NCBI GenBank assembly: GCA_041160755.1
Contig: JBEAVX010000691.1
Location: forward strand, 1 to 33,072
From: Pseudomonadota bacterium
GTDB taxonomy: Bacteria; Myxococcota_A; UBA796; CAJQPC01
DNA: 33,072 nt
Reading direction: 5' to 3'
Made by a program: the position numbers and the translations under genes. Positions 23,881-30,839 of the stretch are shown here, in pieces. How positions within the stretch are numbered: the stretch's first letter is position 1; each line of letters starts with the position of its first letter. The notes under the pieces were generated by a model. It ran no database searches. It was not told the DNA's origin and saw only the letters and a program-made list of their open reading frames with translations.

Positions 23881-24414
23881 TTATTCGCCAGCCTGCTGCT
23901 CAGCAAGCTTGGTCTCGTAGTTCTTGAGCAGGTACAGCAGGTCGCGCGGGGGCCCTTGGATGACTCCCAGGATCTGACGCGGACCCTCCTGCAGCGTAGA
24001 GAGCAGGGTGGCCAGCAGATCCTCGCGGCTGGGCAGGTCAGCGACCGCCAAAACCTCGGGGGCCTGCAGAACGACGCCGTCGAAGTACCCAAACTTGATC
24101 TGAATGGGCCCCTTCGGGTCGATGATCTCCCGGATGGCCTTCGCCGAGGCGATAGGATCCTCACCGGAGATAATCACGCCGTTCATCCCAGTGAGCTGAT
24201 CGACGATCACCTCCTTGGGAGTCCCAGCAACACACCGGCGAACCAGGGTGTTCTTCACCACCTCCAGCTTCAGGCCCTTGGCCTCAAGACGGCGGCGGAG
24301 GCTGTTCGAGTCAGCCACCTTGACGGCGCGGTACTCGGTCACAACGATCAGGGGGGCGCTCCCGATTTCACCCGTGAAGCGCTCCACGAACTCGATCTTC
24401 TCAGCCTTGTTCAT
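23881..24414 (-). CDS. rplJ: 50S ribosomal protein L10
   Basis: 177 aa between L1 and L7/L12, with an L10-like V.EYRG.-type motif (VVTEYRAVKV) and LR..LR..G.....VKNTL. The ATG is 3 nt after the rplA stop. Confidence 0.9.
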   Translation of the reverse strand: MNKAEKIEFVERFTGEIGSAPLIVVTEYRAVKVADSNSLRRRLEAKGLKLEVVKNTLVRRCVAGTPKEVIVDQLTGMNGVIISGEDPIASAKAIREIIDPKGPIQIKFGYFDGVVLQAPEVLAVADLPSREDLLATLLSTLQEGPRQILGVIQGPPRDLLYLLKNYETKLAEQQAGE

Positions 24415-24417
24415 GGA

Positions 24418-25140
24418 TCAACCCGCCTTGCCCGTCTCACGAGCCACATCGTTCACGTCAAGGCGAACACCAACACCCATGGTGCTGCTGAGCGCAGCGC
24501 CGCGAAGGTAGGTGCCCTTGGCCGTAGACGGCTTGAGACGGAAGAGTTCGTTGATGAGCGCGAGCAGGTTCTCCTTGAGCGCGGATGCGCTCATCGAGGC
24601 CTTCCCGACCGGAGCGTGAACGATACCCGCCTTCTCAACGCGGAAGTCAATACGACCCCCCTTGAGCGCGACGACCGTCTCGGCGATGTGCTCGGGGCCA
24701 ACGACGGTGCCAACCTTGGGGTTGGGCATCAAGCCGCGGGGACCGAGGACACGACCCAGACGACCCACCTTACCCATCATGTCGCGGGTAGCGATGGCCT
24801 TGTCGAAGTCTAGCCAGTTCTCGTTCTGAATTTTGTTGATCAGCTCATCGCCGCCAACCACATCCGCGCCGGCCTCCGTCGCGAGTCGAGCGGCTTCGCC
24901 TTGAGCGAAGACGACAACACGAACGGTCTTGCCGGTGCCGTGGGGTAGGCTGCAGGCGCCACGGACCATCTGATCCGCGTGCTTGGGGTTCACCCCAAGC
25001 CTGACCGCGACGTCGACGGTCTCGTCGAACTTCGCGGTCGCGCCCTCACGGACCAACTCCACCGCCTGATCGACGGTGAACTTGGCCAGGGGATCAACCT
25101 TTTGGCGGTTTGATCCCCAGCGCTTGCTACGCTTGGACAC
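24418..25140 (-). CDS. rplA: 50S ribosomal protein L1
   Basis: FDETV.V...LG..P...DQ.VRG...LPHGTGK and [13 protein letters not shown] motifs. GTG start with GAGGAGGA. Confidence 0.95.
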   Translation of the reverse strand: MSKRSKRWGSNRQKVDPLAKFTVDQAVELVREGATAKFDETVDVAVRLGVNPKHADQMVRGACSLPHGTGKTVRVVVFAQGEAARLATEAGADVVGGDELINKIQNENWLDFDKAIATRDMMGKVGRLGRVLGPRGLMPNPKVGTVVGPEHIAETVVALKGGRIDFRVEKAGIVHAPVGKASMSASALKENLLALINELFRLKPSTAKGTYLRGAALSSTMGVGVRLDVNDVARETGKAG

Positions 25141-25234
25141 TAGTCCTCCTCGCCAAGCCCGTCAGAGACGAACAAGGCTCCTTGGGGGGGTCATAACGGG
25201 CTGCGGCCAACCCTCCCCCACCCAAGGATGAGAG

Positions 25235-25666
25235 TCAGTTGTTGATGTTGATTCCCATCGACTTCGCCGTGCCAGCGATCGTCCGTACGGCGGCCGCATG
25301 ATCGCTGGTGTTGAGGTCGGGGAGCTTGATGGTAGCGATGTCGCTGAGCTGGGCCTCGGTGATGGTGCCGATCTTCTTCTTGTTCGGCTCACCGGATCCC
25401 TTCGCAGCGCCAGCGGCCTTACGGAGGAGCGCAGAGGCGGGCGGGGTGCCTACCTTGAACTCGAACGTGCGGTCGCTGTAAACGGTGATGAACACCGGCA
25501 CGGGCATCTTGTCAGCGGCCATGTGCGCGGTGCGAGCGTTGAAGTCTTTGCAGAACAGGGGGATGTTCACGCCCGCCTGACCGAGCGCCGGACCTACGGG
25601 AGGGGCCGGCTTGGCGTCTCCGCCCATGATCTGCAGCTTGATGCGGTTGGTGACTTTTTTCGCCAT
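25235..25666 (-). CDS. rplK: 50S ribosomal protein L11
   Basis: [29 protein letters not shown] and TPPAS.LL.KAAG...GSGEPNK motifs. Confidence 0.97.
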   Translation of the reverse strand: MAKKVTNRIKLQIMGGDAKPAPPVGPALGQAGVNIPLFCKDFNARTAHMAADKMPVPVFITVYSDRTFEFKVGTPPASALLRKAAGAAKGSGEPNKKKIGTITEAQLSDIATIKLPDLNTSDHAAAVRTIAGTAKSMGININN

Positions 25667-25724
25667 GTTGATTCTCCTGCGCCGCCGAGAAGGAGACGCC
25701 AGCTAAGTCATAAGAGGGGGGAGC

Positions 25725-26261
25725 TCAGCCGAGCTTCTCGACCTGCGTGAAGTCGAGCTCGACGCTGGTGGGGCGACCGAAGATCGTGACCATCACCCGG
25801 AGCTTGCCGCGGGCGGTGTTCACCTCTTCAACAGCGCCCTTCATCGTCGCGAAGGGGCCGTCCACGACACGGACCTCCTCGTTGCGCTCGAAGTTGAGCT
25901 TGGGCTTCGGCTTGTCGGCCTCGCCTTGGTCCATCTGGCGCGTGATGCGACGCACCTCGGGCTCGGGCACCGGAGGAGGGTTGCGCGTGCCGCCAACGAA
26001 GCCTGTGATCTTCGGCGTCTCTTTGACGACGTGCCAGGTCAGGTTGTCGAGCTCCATCTGAACCAGGATGTAACCAGGGAAGAATTTACGGGTCACAGAG
26101 CGCTTTTGGCCGCCCTTGACCTCGATGACTTGTTCAGTCGGGATGAGGATATCGCCGAACCGCTGGCTCACACCGAGCTGCTTGATGCGCTCTTCCAAGG
26201 CCGCTTTGGCCTTGTTCTCGAACCCCGAGTAGGTGTGAACCACATACCAGGCCTTGGACAT
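25725..26261 (-). CDS. nusG: Transcription termination/antitermination factor NusG
   Basis: WYVVHTYSGFENK.K..LE.RI, FPGY.LV.M and the KOW motif V.V.DGPF....G.VEEV......L.V.V.IFGR.T.VEL.F.QVEK. Confidence 0.95.
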   Translation of the reverse strand: MSKAWYVVHTYSGFENKAKAALEERIKQLGVSQRFGDILIPTEQVIEVKGGQKRSVTRKFFPGYILVQMELDNLTWHVVKETPKITGFVGGTRNPPPVPEPEVRRITRQMDQGEADKPKPKLNFERNEEVRVVDGPFATMKGAVEEVNTARGKLRVMVTIFGRPTSVELDFTQVEKLG

Positions 26262-26314
26262 GAAGGGTGTCCCTCCGACCGCTCCGGCCGACAGTGACGC
26301 AGGCCGCCGAGCGG

Positions 26315-26698
26315 CTAACCTGCGGTGAAGAGGAAGAAGTTTGTCGCGCGTGCCCAGACAAAGTCAAACAGCGCCAGCGAGCCCGAGAAGATCACGCTCG
26401 TCGCGACGACGACGAGCGATGAGTTGATCGTCTCTTCACGGCTGGGCCAAGTGACCTTGGCGAGCTCACCGATGGCCTCGTCGGAGAAGCGCACGGCGAC
26501 AGTGTTCTTGAGAAGAATGAAGAAGCAGACCACCCCACCCACCAGCGCGATGAGCGCCGAGAGCGGGACCGCTCCACCCAAGAGGGTGTCGGCCCGGCCC
26601 AGACCCAACATCACGGCGACCGCGGCGCTGCGAAGCACCAGACCGACCATGATGGAGCAGATCACGAAGGCGAGGACGATGAAGCGTTGGTTGGGCAC
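26315..26698 (-). CDS. secE: Preprotein translocase subunit SecE (start codon uncertain)
   Basis: Three predicted TM segments plus the conserved E..KV.WPSR.ET motif before the last TM, located directly upstream of nusG. The ORF-track start at 26833 lies inside the tuf terminator hairpin. Candidate starts are GTG 26698 (127 aa), ATG 26776 and ATG 26650. Confidence 0.7.
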   Translation of the reverse strand: MPNQRFIVLAFVICSIMVGLVLRSAAVAVMLGLGRADTLLGGAVPLSALIALVGGVVCFFILLKNTVAVRFSDEAIGELAKVTWPSREETINSSLVVVATSVIFSGSLALFDFVWARATNFFLFTAG

Positions 26699-26804
26699 GT
26701 TTGAACCAGGAAGGGTGCGCTGTTGACGAGGGGACGATCGTCTGGTCAACAGTGAGCAGAGTAACCGTCGGCCCATAGCATAGGTTGGGCGACCACGCAA
26801 GCCC

Positions 26805-26839
26805 CAAAGCGAAAAGCCCCCGGATGCTTCCATCCGGGG
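26805..26839 (-). terminator. Intrinsic terminator/attenuator downstream of tuf
   Basis: Transcript: CCCCGGAUG-GAAG-CAUCCGGGG (perfect 9-bp stem, 26818-26826/26831-26839) followed by GCUUUUCGCUUUGG. It starts about 30 nt after the tuf stop. Confidence 0.65.
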
Positions 26840-26870
26840 ACTCTCCGATCTTGAGCCCTAAAGAGGCGAG

Positions 26871-28100
<1,230 letters not shown>

Positions 28101-28170
28101 TTGAGGAGACCTCCAGACTAGGGCCTGACTGACGCCAAGCCGCGCTGATCTTGTTGGGACGAGATTGAAA

Positions 28171-28245
28171 TGGAGCCGATGATGGGATTTGAACCCATGA
28201 CCTCCTCCTTACCAAGGAGGTGCTCTGCCCCTGAGCTACATCGGC
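28171..28245 (-). tRNA. tRNA-Thr (anticodon GGU), CCA encoded
   Basis: Manual fold: acceptor GCCGATG/CATCGGC, D arm GCTC..GAGC, anticodon arm CCTCC-TTGGTAA-GGAGG, T arm ATGGG-TTCAAAT-CCCAT, then T-CCA. Confidence 0.9.
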
Positions 28246-28254
28246 ATTGAAGAG

Positions 28255-28327
28255 AGCGGGAAACGGGGTTCGAACCCGCGACCCTCAGCTTGGAAGGCTG
28301 ATGCTCTACCAACTGAGCTATTCCCGC
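28255..28327 (-). tRNA. tRNA-Gly (anticodon UCC), CCA not encoded
   Basis: Manual fold: acceptor GCGGGAA/TTCCCGC, anticodon arm TCAGC-CTTCCAA-GCTGA, T arm GCGGG-TTCGAAC-CCCGT. The 3' trailer is CTCTTCAAT, 9 nt before the next tRNA. Confidence 0.9.
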
Positions 28328-28336
28328 GCATCACTT

Positions 28337-28374
28337 CTCTCCTGCCGTGCGCGTTGCGGCGCACGACAGGAGAG
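28337..28374 (-). other. Long hairpin in the tRNA-Tyr/tRNA-Gly spacer (candidate processing site)
   Basis: CTCTCCTGCCGTGCGC (28337-28352) pairs with GCGCACGACAGGAGAG (28359-28374): a 16-position stem with one non-Watson-Crick position (a G-U wobble or an A-C mismatch, depending on the transcribed strand) and a 6-nt loop. Confidence 0.5.
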
Positions 28375-28387
28375 CAGGATGGGTAGA

Positions 28388-28474
28388 TGGTGGGGAGTGC
28401 TGGATTCGAACCAACGTAGGCGTGAAGCCGGCAGGTTTACAGCCTGCTCCCTTTGGCCACTCGGGCAACTCCCC
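28388..28474 (-). tRNA. tRNA-Tyr (anticodon GUA), class II with a long variable arm, CCA encoded
   Basis: Manual fold: acceptor GGGGAGT/ACTCCCC, anticodon arm GCAGG-CTGTAAA-CCTGC, long variable arm, T loop TTCGAAT, then A-CCA. Confidence 0.9.
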
Positions 28475-28506
28475 AGAACTTGACATGCTTGAAAGAACGA
28501 CGTCGG

Positions 28507-28582
28507 TGGAGCTGGTGGTGGGAGTCGAACCCGCGACCTGCGGTTTACAAGACCGCTGCTCTACCAACTGAGCTACACCAGC
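28507..28582 (-). tRNA. tRNA-Thr (anticodon UGU), CCA encoded
   Basis: Manual fold: acceptor GCTGGTG/CACCAGC, D arm GCTC-AGTTGGTA-GAGC, anticodon arm GCGGT-CTTGTAA-ACCGC, T arm GCGGG-TTCGACT-CCCAC (one C-A mismatch), then T-CCA. Confidence 0.88.
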
Positions 28583-28640
28583 GTTGCCACCGCGTCAGCG
28601 GGTGCACCGACGAGCACAACCGTCTGGCGAAGTGGCCGCG

Positions 28641-28669
28641 AACATAGTCTCGCGTGCTCGGAGTGTCAA
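28641..28669 (-). promoter_or_regulatory. Sigma70-type promoter of the tRNA-tuf operon
   Basis: Minus strand: TTGACA (28664-28669), exactly 17 nt, TATGTT (28641-28646), followed by the GC-rich discriminator CGCGGCC. It lies about 60 nt upstream of the first tRNA. A small GGCGG/CCGCC hairpin sits just upstream, after the preceding gene's stop. Confidence 0.65.
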
Positions 28670-28688
28670 GGCGGTCGCGCCGCCGGGA

Positions 28689-29789
28689 TCACTTTGCCGG
28701 GGCGGCGGGCAGGGTGAAGGCGTCGGCCGCGATCGTGGCGGGGAGGGACATGGAGCGCACCTCAAGCCGCTCCACGAGGGTGCCTTCGCGGGTGACCTGG
28801 ACCCGCATCGGCACGACGACGCCCGCGCTGACCTCGGACCAATCGGAGTACTCGTAGAGGAGCACCCCGGCGCTGGTCGTGAAGATCACCTGCCTCGGAC
28901 GCCAGTCTTTGCTGGAGACGGCGAGCCGCAGGCCGGGCACCGCGCTCCCCTCCCCCTCGGGCTTGGACTCAAGGATCACACAGGGCTCACCGTTCACCCG
29001 CTCCTCGCCGACGAGCTGGAGCGCGACGTGGGAAGGATCGGTGTCTACGAGGCTCACGAAGCGCAGCGGGTAGCTCAAGAGGCCCTCGGGGGCGTACTCG
29101 GCCATGACCTCGCGGGTGCGCTCCACGTCTCGGGGGCTGACCTTGCCGTCGATGAGCACCGACGCCGCGGCCCCGTCGATCACCGTGGTGGACGAGGACG
29201 CGGGGCCACCCTTGACCACGACGTCGAGCCTCACCCGCGCGCCATCGCGGAGGAAGACGTGCTCGGCGACGATGGGCTGGCCCTGGTGCGGGACCTCTCG
29301 CACGTACTCAAAACGCACGCTGGGGGACTTGTGGAGCGCGGCCACCCCGCCATCCACGCCGCCGAGGGCCTCGCTGACATCGTCGAGGATCTTCTTCACC
29401 GGATCGTCACCGACCTGCGCGGGGGCGCCGGGCGTGGGCTCAAGGATCCTTGGGCTGCCCGGCGCCGTGCGCACGCTCACCGCGGCCTTGCCTTGTTGGC
29501 GATAGAGCGTGACGTCGAGGTGGGAGAGGTTCGCCAGCTTCGCGGCGTCCACCCCGGCGGTGACCTCGGACTCGTACCCCTCGGCGATGAGCAGGTAACA
29601 CCAGCCCTGACCGCCGACGTAGCGGCGCACGACGCGGGTGTTGAGCTCGGAGGACCGCGCCAAGGCGTCGGCCTCGGCCAGCTCGGACTTCTGCTTGGAG
29701 GGGGCGGTCTCCAGGTAGAACGAGACGTCCTCCTCGGCGGCGAAGGCGCTGAGGCTTACGCGAAGCAGCAGCAGCAGAGGGCTGATCAT
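28689..29789 (-). CDS. Secreted hypothetical protein, C-terminal half LolA/RseB-like (inferred)
   Basis: Signal peptide MISPLLLLLRVSLSAFA|AEED. The beta-rich C-terminal half ends in a YEYSDW..V.AGVVVP pattern reminiscent of LolA-like lipoprotein-sorting/RseB-type folds. Its ATG overlaps the M50 gene stop (ATGA, 29786-29789). Confidence 0.6.
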   Translation of the reverse strand: MISPLLLLLRVSLSAFAAEEDVSFYLETAPSKQKSELAEADALARSSELNTRVVRRYVGGQGWCYLLIAEGYESEVTAGVDAAKLANLSHLDVTLYRQQGKAAVSVRTAPGSPRILEPTPGAPAQVGDDPVKKILDDVSEALGGVDGGVAALHKSPSVRFEYVREVPHQGQPIVAEHVFLRDGARVRLDVVVKGGPASSSTTVIDGAAASVLIDGKVSPRDVERTREVMAEYAPEGLLSYPLRFVSLVDTDPSHVALQLVGEERVNGEPCVILESKPEGEGSAVPGLRLAVSSKDWRPRQVIFTTSAGVLLYEYSDWSEVSAGVVVPMRVQVTREGTLVERLEVRSMSLPATIAADAFTLPAAPAK

Positions 29790-30796
29790 CGGGTCTCCGC
29801 AGGTGGGGGTGCCGGAAGGCTATCCATCTCAACCGGGCGCGGCATGAAGGTCAAGAAGAAGACGAGGGCCGCCAAGATCCCGATGACCTTGGCCCGGAGA
29901 GAGAGCGGCGGGGTCTGCGGCGGGGAGATGCCGCGCCAGGCGCCGGTCAGGGCGAGGAGCAAGCCCCAGAACAGCCATCCCGACCACAAGATTCCGCCGA
30001 GCACGGCGAGGCCCAAGAGCAGGCTGGAGCGGCGGCGCTCGCCCTGGGGCCAGAGGGCGGTGAGGATGTGCCCGCCGTCGAGCTGGCCGATGGGCACGAG
30101 GTTGATGCCGGTGAGCAGGCAGCCGACCCAGCCGGCCATGGCGACGGGGCTCAAGACGGCGAGGCGATCCGGGGGCGCGCCGAGGAGCAGGCCGCCGAGG
30201 AGGTCCATGATGAGGGGGTTCGCGAAGATGAGCACCGGGGCCTCGCCGTCGGGGACAGGCGGGCTCAGCCAGTCGCTTATGGCCTGGAGCCGAGGGGAGG
30301 CCGCCAAGAGCGGCGTGAGCCAGGGCTCCCAGAACGACGGCTCCGGCGGGCTGAGCTGCAGGGCCTCGGGCGGGCGTGTGGACGGCAGGCCCACGGCGAG
30401 GGCCAAAAACGAGAGCGCCGCCCCGGCGAGGGGCCCCGCCGCGCCCATCTCCAGGAGGCCGTCGCGGTCGCGGGGCTCCGAGCGCAGCTCGATGATCGCG
30501 CCGAAGGTGCCAAACGCCGCCGGGAACGGGATGAACTGGGGCAGGCTCAGGGCGAAGCCGTGGCGGCGGGCGACGACGTAGTGGCCGAGCTCATGGGCGA
30601 GGAGGATCGCCATGAGCGTGACGGCGAAGGACGCGGCGCCGAGGACGGCCTCGCGGTCGCCGAGGCCCTCGCCACCCCAGAAGCCGCCGTAGGTCAAGAA
30701 GACCGAGAGGCTGGTGGCGACGAAGAGGCCGACGCTCCACCCAATCTCCGACGGACTGGGGCCGCTGGGCGCCGCCGCTTCACCGACCTCAGCCAA
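29786..30796 (-). CDS. Site-2 protease family (peptidase M50) intramembrane metalloprotease
   Basis: HELGHY (HExxH) within a TM segment, plus the second motif NLVPIGQLDGGHIL (NxxPxxxLDG), in a polytopic membrane protein. TTG start with GGAGGAGG 4 nt upstream. Confidence 0.85.
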   Translation of the reverse strand: MAEVGEAAAPSGPSPSEIGWSVGLFVATSLSVFLTYGGFWGGEGLGDREAVLGAASFAVTLMAILLAHELGHYVVARRHGFALSLPQFIPFPAAFGTFGAIIELRSEPRDRDGLLEMGAAGPLAGAALSFLALAVGLPSTRPPEALQLSPPEPSFWEPWLTPLLAASPRLQAISDWLSPPVPDGEAPVLIFANPLIMDLLGGLLLGAPPDRLAVLSPVAMAGWVGCLLTGINLVPIGQLDGGHILTALWPQGERRRSSLLLGLAVLGGILWSGWLFWGLLLALTGAWRGISPPQTPPLSLRAKVIGILAALVFFLTFMPRPVEMDSLPAPPPAETR

Positions 30797-30839
30797 GGAT
30801 CCTCCTCCGTCTCAGGCGGTCGGAGGCTCCGCGCGCCGC

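Noticed and set aside
26777-26833. ORF-track start of secE at 26833 (172 aa).
   Set aside because: That ATG lies inside the stem of the tuf terminator hairpin, and the encoded N-terminal residues have no SecE-like character. A downstream start is more plausible.
26699-26870. Searched both strands for a tRNA-Trp or an rpmG (L33) gene between tuf and secE.
   Set aside because: No cloverleaf can be drawn (no acceptor or T-arm pairing), and there is no short Lys/Cys-rich ORF. Only hairpins are present.
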